53,174 bases of DNA from a virus (IMGVR_UViG_3300034022_000267:64001-117174); one strand, 5' to 3'; shown: positions 25,988 to 35,900, numbered from the stretch's first letter. A program made the numbers and translations. Notes: a model not told the origin generated them from the sequence alone.

Positions 25988-28900
25988 TATATTTTTATAA
26001 GATTTTACAATAGAGCCATTTCTTGCAACATCTTCTTTCTTTTTCTTTTTAAGAACCGTTTCATATTCATATCCTTCAGGAGCAGATTCTCTACTAGAAG
26101 TTCCTCTTCCTTCCATGTTAAATTGAGCAAGTGGATTCATGTTAACAGCTCTACCATCTTTATCAAATCTATAGTTGTACATGTTTTCATATATTCCTAA
26201 TTCTCTATTCTCAAGTTTGTTCTTAGCATATTTATCAGATATAGAACTAAGAGCAGCTTGTGTTGTAGCTTTAGTGTTAGAAAGAGCTTGTGCTTGTCTT
26301 CCATATTGTTGATCATAGATAGCAAGGTTTTTAAGTTTAGCATCATTTAGAATGTTTCTATTCTCTCCATACACTTTATCTTTCATTGCTTGGTTAGCTC
26401 TAAACTGTTCACCTAGCACTCCTTGATTAGCTTGATACTTTTGTGCATTTAGATTAGCTTGAGCTGCTGGATTATAACCTACCATTCTTTGAGCTGCTCT
26501 ATAGTCAGATTGATTTGCGTTCAATTGATCTTGGAATGATATATCATAAGGTGATCCAAGATCAGGTTGATACCCTTGAGCAGGTACAGGTTCTAATTGA
26601 TTAGAAGATAGTGCATACATTTCTCCAGATAATTGATTAGGATCTAATCCTTCTTGATCTGTAGGTCTAAAATAAGGAAGTGCTGCATTTAATATATTCA
26701 TCCAGTTATTTCTATTAGAAGCTGTTCCTTCTTCTGTATCTTCAGTTTCTTTTATAGCATCAGCAGGTGTTGTATCTTTAGGAATTTCTGCTGCTTTTGG
26801 TAATAGTAATTCATTAGCAGCCCAACCAAAACCTATTTTTTCATCAAGCATTGGATCTTGATTATACAACATTTTATGTCTAGCTTTAATTAATGGAGCA
26901 CTTTCAGGATTGTTTAAAAGAAACTCTTGAAACTCTTTATTTCCTTTTCCTTTAAATCCTAATTTATCAGCTACATCATCCCATTGTTTTGCAGAGAAAG
27001 ATGATGCTGTGGCTTTACCATATTTGTTTCCTGCAGAAGTGTTTCCTTGCCAAGGAGTGATACCATATTTACTTACATACTCTTCTGTTTTAGGAAGTTC
27101 TTTAAGAGGAGGATTTACTGTCGAAACATTAGCTACAGGAGAAGTGACTGCAGGGGAAGTTGCTGCATTTCTTCTACTAGTTCTTGGTGCAACAGTGGTA
27201 GTTTGTTGCACTGTTCTAACAGGAGCTATTGGTTTATATTCTGGTTCTGGTTGAGAAGTTACTACAGCTCTTTCATTCTCTTCTGCTATTTGACCAATAT
27301 TTTTTTGAGGAGTTTGTTTTAAAGCTTTTGCTGCATCATATTTTTGTTGTGATGTAGGTTCCCATTTAGTTATTTTATCAGTAGTATTATCATAATTACC
27401 TTTTCTAATTAAACGTCCTTTTGCATCAAGTTCAGCAACTCTTCCATTTGAATAATAACTTTTTTTGGTATTGTTACCAAAAGTTTTTGTATAGTGATTA
27501 TCATTATCATCATATTTATAATCAATGATATCATTAGCATCAGCTTTTTTAGAAGTTAATATTTTACCTTTATCATCTCTGTCTACAATAACATTTCCTT
27601 CATATACATATCTTACTACACCATTAGATAATTTAAATTGATTTTTGATATTTTTTCCTTTCCATAATTCATCACCATCTTGTGCTTTAGGAAAACTACC
27701 TCCATATTTAGCATATTGTTTAATAGCTTCTTTATCTATCTTCACTTTACCTCTTGCAAGATCATCTGCAACTAACCCATTTTCTTCTGCTGTATCATTG
27801 ATAGCATTTTGAAGAGAAGCTGCGTTTATCTTTTTATCAGCTATAGATTTAAGTTTCATATTAGCTCCTTGTATACTAGCTTGTAAAGCAGATAGTTTTA
27901 ATTTATCAAAAGAGTTTTTAGGATCTAATGCATTTAATTCATTAGTTGATTTCTCTACTAGTTTATTTTGTTTAGATTCTATCTTAGATAAATCATTTAC
28001 GTAGTTTTTAAACTTCTTACCCTTAGCATTTTTATCTCCTAGCATATCTATATATTGATTAGGTATTTTTAAATTACCAAACACCACTCCTGATTTTTGT
28101 ACTTCTCCTGTTTGAGGATCTATAACACCACCTTCTTCTAATTCAACCATAGGTTCTCCTCTTTCTACTTCTACTGGATTACCACCATAAGTTACACCTA
28201 TTCCTGTTTCTCCATTAGGAGAATACTCTTCATGACTCTTACCTCTAAACATAACTGTTTCTCCTGTACCAGGTAAATAAGGATTGTGTGAAATAGTTTC
28301 AGCTCCTCCACCCCAATGTGTTTGTAATTCTCCACCTAATCCATATGACTTAACTCCTCCACCATCTCTGTATGTTTCCATAGCTCTTTCACTAGGAGGT
28401 GTATAAGATTTTAAATGTCCACCAGCTCTATATTTATGAGCATAATCAGCAAAGTCTTCAGCAGTGTGATCACCAAACATTGTTATCACTTGTGGGTTAT
28501 ATTCTGGGTTCATATATCCACCTTCTTCATAAGAAGGAATATCTCCACCATTTTTTACATAAGAACTATATTGAGCCTGTAAACCTTGTCCAGTAGCATT
28601 TCCAACTATTGTCCCAATGTTTCTATTGATAGCATTTTGATCTCTTTTAATAGCCTTCTGTGATGTGTTAAGCATTCCTCCTGCAATATTACCAATTGCT
28701 CCACCAATCATTCCTCCTACAGGGCCACCAAATGCTGTTCCTGCAGCTGTACCAATTCCTTTACCAATCTGACTCTCTGCACTATTGTTTGAAAACATAT
28801 TACCAATACTTGTTATTCCTTGTGCACCTCCTTGTTCACCCATAAAACTAGAAAAGTCCATACCATCTTGTGCATTGCGTATATATCCACCATGATAATA

Positions 28901-29797
28901 TTGTTTTACATTACTATCGTCTAATGGTTCATATCCTCCATCATCATATATATTATTAGGAGCATATGTATTTTGTATCTCTGTTGGGTTACCAGATATT
29001 TGTCTACCATATTCTGCTCTTTGTATAGATCCTCCATTACGTGTAATAACATTTGTACCTACACCGTATGTAGGAAACATTTGATTTGCTTGTACAAGAT
29101 TATCCCAAGGAGTGTTATATCTTCTTTCTTGTTCTTCTTCTCTAGTGCCAGAAGCCAACGCTTGTATATCAGTAACCTTACGTGCTTGACGTGCTTTATT
29201 TTTTTCTTCTTTCTGTTTTGATAATCCTTGAATTCCTCCAATTATATCTGTAGCAGCTCCCATGTAACTACCAATTCCTCCAGCAGCACCATCTGCTTCA
29301 GGCGGTGTATAACCAACGTCATTAGGAAGAGCTTGAGGAATACCTCTCATACCTGATGTAGTTTGATTAGCTTTATTTATAAACTGTTGCCCATAATTAG
29401 GCATAGCAAAAGAATCTGTAGGTTGGAAAGCATTTTGTGCAAATTGCTGAGCATTAGGAGTATACAACGATGAAAAAGATTGTGCAGAAAAATTTTGAGT
29501 TGGGCCCATTTGTTGTAAAGATGCTGGTTGACTTTGATATGATCTAGTATCAGCATAATTAGCAGTTTGTCCAAATCTAGAATCTCCCATAGGGTTTTCT
29601 AAATAATCAGGAATACCATTTTGATTACTATCAGGTAATAAACTTGTTCCTAATTGAGCTTTATTTATTTCCATACCAGTTTGAGCTTTCTTAAAAGCTT
29701 TACCATGTACTTTCATAAATGCTTCCTCTGATGGATATTTTTTGTAGAATTCTTTTTCAGATTTAACTCCTGCTATTTTTAAAATTTCTGCTTTCAT
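25985..29797 (-). CDS. Large cargo/ejection protein with Gly-rich hydrophobic segments and repeated xxxGG motifs
   Basis: 1270 aa. Contains the crAss-like cargo signature FRGKSHE..G.GV..G..VEVERGE..VVFGN, a Gly-rich TM-like segment (IGKGIGTAAGTAFGGPVGGMIGGAIGNIAGGML), and many AQxG/YxxGG motifs. Confidence 0.7.
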   Translation of the reverse strand: MKAEILKIAGVKSEKEFYKKYPSEEAFMKVHGKAFKKAQTGMEINKAQLGTSLLPDSNQNGIPDYLENPMGDSRFGQTANYADTRSYQSQPASLQQMGPTQNFSAQSFSSLYTPNAQQFAQNAFQPTDSFAMPNYGQQFINKANQTTSGMRGIPQALPNDVGYTPPEADGAAGGIGSYMGAATDIIGGIQGLSKQKEEKNKARQARKVTDIQALASGTREEEQERRYNTPWDNLVQANQMFPTYGVGTNVITRNGGSIQRAEYGRQISGNPTEIQNTYAPNNIYDDGGYEPLDDSNVKQYYHGGYIRNAQDGMDFSSFMGEQGGAQGITSIGNMFSNNSAESQIGKGIGTAAGTAFGGPVGGMIGGAIGNIAGGMLNTSQKAIKRDQNAINRNIGTIVGNATGQGLQAQYSSYVKNGGDIPSYEEGGYMNPEYNPQVITMFGDHTAEDFADYAHKYRAGGHLKSYTPPSERAMETYRDGGGVKSYGLGGELQTHWGGGAETISHNPYLPGTGETVMFRGKSHEEYSPNGETGIGVTYGGNPVEVERGEPMVELEEGGVIDPQTGEVQKSGVVFGNLKIPNQYIDMLGDKNAKGKKFKNYVNDLSKIESKQNKLVEKSTNELNALDPKNSFDKLKLSALQASIQGANMKLKSIADKKINAASLQNAINDTAEENGLVADDLARGKVKIDKEAIKQYAKYGGSFPKAQDGDELWKGKNIKNQFKLSNGVVRYVYEGNVIVDRDDKGKILTSKKADANDIIDYKYDDNDNHYTKTFGNNTKKSYYSNGRVAELDAKGRLIRKGNYDNTTDKITKWEPTSQQKYDAAKALKQTPQKNIGQIAEENERAVVTSQPEPEYKPIAPVRTVQQTTTVAPRTSRRNAATSPAVTSPVANVSTVNPPLKELPKTEEYVSKYGITPWQGNTSAGNKYGKATASSFSAKQWDDVADKLGFKGKGNKEFQEFLLNNPESAPLIKARHKMLYNQDPMLDEKIGFGWAANELLLPKAAEIPKDTTPADAIKETEDTEEGTASNRNNWMNILNAALPYFRPTDQEGLDPNQLSGEMYALSSNQLEPVPAQGYQPDLGSPYDISFQDQLNANQSDYRAAQRMVGYNPAAQANLNAQKYQANQGVLGEQFRANQAMKDKVYGENRNILNDAKLKNLAIYDQQYGRQAQALSNTKATTQAALSSISDKYAKNKLENRELGIYENMYNYRFDKDGRAVNMNPLAQFNMEGRGTSSRESAPEGYEYETVLKKKKKEDVARNGSIVKSYKNI

Positions 29798-29798
29798 A

Positions 29799-31559
29799 TT
29801 AATTATATTTGTTTAACCATCCACCGATAGTTGGTTTATTGTAATTGGTAAAGTTAATTAAATTATCTAAATTTTGTAAACCTTTTTGTTCTTGTCTTCT
29901 TCCATTCTTAGCCATTGGATATTCTGTAACTTTCTTTCCTTTAAACTTATAGTTTTTTCCTGGCTTCATTAGTTTTGTATCTCCTGTATCTGATACTCCT
30001 AGTAATGGTTCATATACTCCTTCCATTGTAATATCATTAGATCCTATTTCTACTGGTTTTCCCCAGTTATCAGGATTCCAATATCCATTATTATCTTTAA
30101 TTACGGAACCATCTTTACTAATAGTCTTAGGTTGAAAATCTAATCCATTCTGATAGTATTGCATCTCTTGACCATTCTGTGCACTAGCCATTGTTTTCTT
30201 TGCATACTTCCCATTACTAGGAGCAGCTCCTTGTGTACGTGCGTATGAGAAACCTACAGCTCCTGGAATAGAACCACCCATTGCATATTCTTGTAATCCT
30301 TTATATATAGTACTCATTGGAGCAACTTCTTTATAATGTTCTGCAAAGTATTCTGCTTCTTCAGGAGAATTAAATCTAATTGCTTCTCTACTTCTAGAAT
30401 CAGGATCTATTAATGTTAATTCTTCTTCACCAAAATCTTGTAATAATGGTACAGCATAATTATCTACAGATGACATATAATGTGTTCCTTGCCCTTCAGG
30501 AGTCATTCCTGTTTTAGGCATAGCTTGTGACATTCTTTTTATAGCAGGGTTACCAAAAACATTACCCATTCCTATTTTAGATTTCATCATTCCACGCATT
30601 GCATCTTCTGATGTACCATCCTGTGCCTGAGGAACATAATTAACTGGATAGACAGAACCACCCATTTGATATTGAGGTGTAATCTTTCTTGTATTACCAG
30701 GACCTAAATCATCAGGACTTGTTATATTACTTAAATCAGAAATTCTATAATTAGTTTGACTTCCTCCAAAGGGTTGGTTTATGTTTTCTTGTATATCATA
30801 ATATTTAGCACGTCTAACATCTGGGTGTAATCCTGATATATCAGCATTTATATCTAAATCACAATGTACTAATCCTTCTGGTTGTAGATTGTTTTGTATT
30901 GCTTTTATTTTAGTTCTTTTTACAGGAACATCTTTTGTTTCATCTATAGGTGAATCAGAATCTTTTACTATTACTTGTTGTTGTGGTTTTTTATAAAAAA
31001 AATTAGGACTTTTAAAATCTTCATAATAAACTTTTTCTTTTGAGTATGTATCTGGAGAAAAAAAATGAGATTCTTTATATCTAGGACCTTCACCTAAATA
31101 ATCCTCATATTTATAAGGTTTTATATTAGGATTTAAAGATTCTTTAATACGACGGTCTTCTTCATTTTTTTCATCAGGAGATAGTTGTGAATAAGATTTT
31201 GTTTTCACTATCTTTTTAATTAACTTAGGGTCAATTTTTTCTTTTGACTTTTCCCATCTTCCAGAAATAGGACGATTATGTAAAAGTTTTGATATATCTT
31301 TAGTTCCTTCATATAAAGAAAGACTATCATTATAAGCTCTATATCTAGGGTCATTTGTTGATTCTACATATACAGGTTTCTTTGTTCCATTCTGAGCATT
31401 AGGAATTTCTCCTCCTTCTTGAAACTGTCCTCCCCATGCAGGAGACTCCCATTGGGGACCATTGAAAGTTCCTTCACCAACAAACCCTGGGGGTAAACTT
31501 ACTTTAGAATCATTAAAATTATCCAACCATCCAGTGGTTTGTTGAGTTTTATTTTTCAT
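29799..31559 (-). CDS. Modular cargo/internal virion protein with repeated AQxG/YxxGG motifs
   Basis: 586 aa with FQEGG, AQNG, YQMGG, AQDG, YAMGG, AQNG and AKNG motifs separating distinct sequence blocks. Confidence 0.6.
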   Translation of the reverse strand: MKNKTQQTTGWLDNFNDSKVSLPPGFVGEGTFNGPQWESPAWGGQFQEGGEIPNAQNGTKKPVYVESTNDPRYRAYNDSLSLYEGTKDISKLLHNRPISGRWEKSKEKIDPKLIKKIVKTKSYSQLSPDEKNEEDRRIKESLNPNIKPYKYEDYLGEGPRYKESHFFSPDTYSKEKVYYEDFKSPNFFYKKPQQQVIVKDSDSPIDETKDVPVKRTKIKAIQNNLQPEGLVHCDLDINADISGLHPDVRRAKYYDIQENINQPFGGSQTNYRISDLSNITSPDDLGPGNTRKITPQYQMGGSVYPVNYVPQAQDGTSEDAMRGMMKSKIGMGNVFGNPAIKRMSQAMPKTGMTPEGQGTHYMSSVDNYAVPLLQDFGEEELTLIDPDSRSREAIRFNSPEEAEYFAEHYKEVAPMSTIYKGLQEYAMGGSIPGAVGFSYARTQGAAPSNGKYAKKTMASAQNGQEMQYYQNGLDFQPKTISKDGSVIKDNNGYWNPDNWGKPVEIGSNDITMEGVYEPLLGVSDTGDTKLMKPGKNYKFKGKKVTEYPMAKNGRRQEQKGLQNLDNLINFTNYNKPTIGGWLNKYN

Positions 31560-32073
31560 TTATATTATTTCTTCTATTGTTACAATTTTCTTTTTTAGTA
31601 ACCCATCTACAATTCTGTGGTTCATAATTACCATTATTGTCTATTCTATCTATTTCTAATTGTTTAGAGTAAGTAGAGTACATATCTTCAATAAATAGAT
31701 TTATATCTTTCCATCTTTCACATACTTTTATTCCTCTACCACCATAATATTTATTATTTAAATTATTACATCTATATAACATGGAATACCAAACATGATA
31801 TAGAGGATGTTTCTTATGTCCATGTGTTATATTATTTAAACACATATTCTTCATTTTTTCTTTTTGCAAACATCCACAAGAAGATTTATTAATCTTAACT
31901 TTATCTATTATTGCTTCAAACTGATTTCCACAAGAACATATAAATAAAGCTTTTCTTCTTATACGAGTTCTTTTACTTTCTTCTGTTTTTAAAATAATCT
32001 TAGGAGAAACTTCTTTCATAAAAGTGCAGTTACCTATCTTATCTCCATTACTATAATTTACTTTAGTTTTCAT
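31549..32073 (-). CDS. Free-standing HNH-family homing endonuclease
   Basis: CxCG..SCGC Zn motifs, then HPLYHVWYSMLYRC, YGGRGIKVCERW and IDRIDNNGNYEPQNCRW. The gene is visibly more AT-rich than its neighbours. Confidence 0.85.
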   Translation of the reverse strand: MKTKVNYSNGDKIGNCTFMKEVSPKIILKTEESKRTRIRRKALFICSCGNQFEAIIDKVKINKSSCGCLQKEKMKNMCLNNITHGHKKHPLYHVWYSMLYRCNNLNNKYYGGRGIKVCERWKDINLFIEDMYSTYSKQLEIDRIDNNGNYEPQNCRWVTKKENCNNRRNNINEK

Positions 32074-32094
32074 AATAAATATTTATTTGTCCAC

Positions 32095-32126
32095 CAAATG
32101 TAAGTATTTTTATTCTATTTAACAAA
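32095..32126 (-). promoter_or_regulatory. Bacteroidota primary-sigma promoter
   Basis: TTTG (32123-32126), N20, TACATTTG (32095-32102), 22 nt before the HNH ATG. The -7 box is identical to the one at 25913. Confidence 0.7.
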
Positions 32127-32993
32127 TTATTTATAAGATATTTGACTAGGGCTCAGGATAAATTGGCTCACTAGGTGTGTTGTTGCAGAATTATCAAGTA
32201 TATGTCTCACTCGCAATTCTTTGGCTCTTAGAGGGGATTTTTTGAAACTTCTATATCCATAGTCCATATTCTCTTGATTGACTATCTTATCAATCGATAA
32301 GCTTTCACAAGACACTCTAAACAATGGAACCTGAGAACTCTTTTGAAGAGCCCAGAATGTATTGTATTGATAAAATGAATCACTCTTAGTATATGTGATT
32401 GTTTTGCTATCTGTATTGAATATTGGATACTGCATATAAGAACTTAAATTGTTTAATGGTTTAGCTACAAGTTCTAGTATACCAGAACTCTGTTGGTTAT
32501 TATATAATACAGCTTTGTTAAACCATTTGTTGTTTGTTTCTATTCTTACGTTATCATCAAACACACCATCTACTATAGGAAGATATTCATATGCTTTTGT
32601 GTAATCTTTTACATTCTGCAGGATTTCATCTTGATATTGATAAGCAAAAGGATATTCAATAACATAGGGTTCTATATTCCCATAGTAATAATTATATATT
32701 TCTACATTAGTTAAATGTCTCCAAATACAACCTGTTCTAGATTCTTTATAAGTTGAATCCATAAACTCTACAATATTAAAACTCTCTAGGTTAAATAACT
32801 TTTTAATTTTACATTCTCCTAAAGATTCTATATATATAGATGTCACTGTATCTGCTATTTCATAATTTACTCCTTGTATAAGATTTTTTTTAGAAACACT
32901 TTCTACAATAACATTATCTAAAATATCAGTGATTCTAAAAGGACCTGCAGATGGACCAGTCTTAGTTAATTTTATGGTTACTATCTTTGACAT
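32127..32993 (-). CDS. Small beta module fused to probable C-terminal part of the muzzle (tail stabilisation) protein
   Basis: The first ~70 aa are homologous to ORF 43101-43382. The remainder (CIWRH..YYYG..PYVIEYP..SSGILEL..SPLRAK) resembles, from recall, the C-terminal region of crAss-like stabilisation proteins. Confidence 0.55.
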   Translation of the reverse strand: MSKIVTIKLTKTGPSAGPFRITDILDNVIVESVSKKNLIQGVNYEIADTVTSIYIESLGECKIKKLFNLESFNIVEFMDSTYKESRTGCIWRHLTNVEIYNYYYGNIEPYVIEYPFAYQYQDEILQNVKDYTKAYEYLPIVDGVFDDNVRIETNNKWFNKAVLYNNQQSSGILELVAKPLNNLSSYMQYPIFNTDSKTITYTKSDSFYQYNTFWALQKSSQVPLFRVSCESLSIDKIVNQENMDYGYRSFKKSPLRAKELRVRHILDNSATTHLVSQFILSPSQISYK

Positions 32994-32995
32994 AA

Positions 32996-35900
32996 TTATA
33001 CTGTTGTTGTAGTGGTAGTTGTTATTATACTTTCAGTTAATGACGCTCCTACACAATTTATAATTTGTGCTGCTGAAGTTACACCAGTTAATTCTAGAGA
33101 AGTGGTAGCAATTAATAAATAAGGACTTGTTTTTTCAACACCGTAAACTACACCATCTGCTTGAGCAATGTAAACTGTGCAATCACATTCAAATATCGAT
33201 AATGGTGCAACTGTTCCAATGTTTAGATCTAATTCAATAGTTCCTGTAGGATAAGTATATTGAGTTAAATAATAATCATTTGATACAGTGTCTTGATTAA
33301 TTACAATTAATTTTCCATCATTTGTATATAACATATTTCCAAATGCTATTCTATCAACTTGTAAAGCAAACTGTACAGTAGATATCATTAACATTGGACT
33401 AATAGGATTATCAATTTCTAATTCCACAATATTTAATGGAGAAACAGAATTATCAACAGCAATGATTAAACTGTCACTTATTGCAACTATTCCTGAAGAT
33501 GTTGTAAATGTTCCAGGAAAAGGAATTGCTGTATTATATGTAGCAGTGAATGGACTTAATGTAATATCCCATTGATTAAACTCTGTAGCTGTAACTGACC
33601 ATAAATAATTTTGTGTTAAAGCTATTCCATATGAAGTGGTGTATCCAGGTACATTTAATTGTAACATTGTTAAAAATGAATCATAATAGTAAATATTATT
33701 AGTATCTGAAAATATAATTCCACAGCATTCGGAAATACTTGGAATAAGAGTTGTTGTACTTGTAGTTGTTCCACAATCACAATCTCCAATTTCAATAATA
33801 ATTGCATTTAACACTCTATAAGCAAAACCGTAAACTTGACCTTCAAATGTATAATACCATCCATCACTTACAAATGTACAATCTGTAGAATTTGCATCGT
33901 AATAAAGAATAGAATTTATTTCTAAACTATTTGCGTTTAATGAAAATCCTGATAATGCTACATTAGGATTATTTAATTTTGTTATAGAAAGTGCATTACA
34001 CGCATCCTCTAAACTACCTGTTGATACTACAGGAGGATTTACATCAACTGTATATCCAGAAATAAAAGAGAAAGAGTTTAACCCTATTGGTCTTGTACAA
34101 ATTGTAGTTGTTGGTACTGATGGAACTGTTATAATAGCATCTCCTTCTAGTTCACAACTAGTGGCTATAACTACTCCTGCTAAATTACAATCTTTAGGTT
34201 TTTCTGTTGTAGTGGTTGTTGTTAATTTTGGTGAAGTGGTAGTAGAAGTAGTTGTTGGAATAATTCTATTCATATCTCCAACTAATGCTGTAAAATCTCC
34301 ATCAACATCTGAACAACATCCATTAATACCAGAATAGAAGAAATTGTTTTCTCCTACATAAAAGTTTGGAAGATAACTATGAAAACTCACCCAAGTTTTA
34401 GTATTGAAGTTAAATGATATTGTCCAACTCTTATTGCAGAAGTATTCTAAATCTGTTAGATAAACTTGTGTTTTAAATACACTTCCATTAGTTATAGTTT
34501 CAATATAAAATTCATTTAACGCTGCATCATATTTTATATCTTTATCAATAGGGATATAATCTAGTTTAGTTAAAATAATTCTATCAAACTTACTATCATA
34601 CACTCCATGTAATCCTAATCCATTAAAATGATTATCTGTATCTGCAGTGGGGTAGTATCTAAGTATCTCAAATGCTAAATGATCTGTAAAGAATCTATTC
34701 ATCCCAGAACCAAATGCTGATAGATCTACAGCTTCTGTACCAGATATCAAAAACACTTGTCCTCTTTTAGCATCTATACTAATTTGTCCTTGTGGTATCT
34801 TTAATAAGAACTTATTCTGACTTCCTACATACCCAAGATCTGTTTCTGCAAAATCAATTGGAGGAGCACTAAACATGTTAGGATTACCTACGTATGCTGC
34901 TTGTGGGTTACTTGTATCAATTGTAAGGAGGTTGTTATACATCAATGACTTATTCTCAAATCTAGCAAGTATGGCTCTATTCTGAATACCATCTAAAGAA
35001 GTTAAATTTCCATAATTCTGTGGAAAATCAAAATACGAAAGAGCTCTGTACACTAACCAATTATTCACTCTATTATCAGCATCTGTTTGTTGAGCATCTG
35101 AATATATAGCTCTAAATGGATAATTTGTATAACAAGCTTTATCCCAATCATTTGGAATATGTGTAAATGTATTTTCTTTATTTTGTTTAGAGAATGTTAC
35201 ATTATATGTATATGTATTATCATTTGCAATACTTACATAACTTTCTTGTACCCAATCATCAGGAATACCTGTACTTACGTGAGGCCAGAAGTCTCCTTCT
35301 TTATTATTGAATGCTTGTCTAAGATCTAAGTTATAACTTGTTTCACAATAGAAATTAGGTATCCCATATGCAAATAAATAGAAATACCCATCATAAAAAG
35401 TTCTACTAGTACTAGTTAACACTTGACTTGTTAAAACTGTTGTTGTAGTTGTAGTAGTTCCTGGATCTATTAAAGGATTTTCAATAAAATCTTGACTGTT
35501 AGGACAATCAAAATTATGTGCTTTATAAGAAATAATATTAGAAATTACTTTTCCTTTTAGTGTATAATTTTTTAAAATTGATCTAGCAGAATGCCAGTAT
35601 TTTGGATAGGCTATATTACCAATCTCATCATAGAATATATCACTATCATCAGGAGCTCCCACTCTATTATCAAAGAAAAAAGGAAGTTTAGTTTTAAATG
35701 CAAATCTAGATATAAACGTATCTCCACCAAATATAGTTGCAGAAGATGATCCTGTTATAGGAGTTATATCTTTTTGAAATCCTGTGTCAATTGTTTCATA
35801 TGAATATATCTGTCCCCATTGATTTACAAAATTATTTTTCATAGATGCATAATAACACACACTACTTATGTTTTGATCTCTTAATGGCGTTGCACAAGAA

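Noticed and set aside
32985-33040. Programmed frameshift or readthrough joining the two muzzle ORFs
   Set aside because: The downstream ORF is in the -1 frame, but that frame has a TGA about 40 nt upstream and no X XXY YYZ slippery heptamer lies in the window between. In-frame readthrough would not join the two ORFs.
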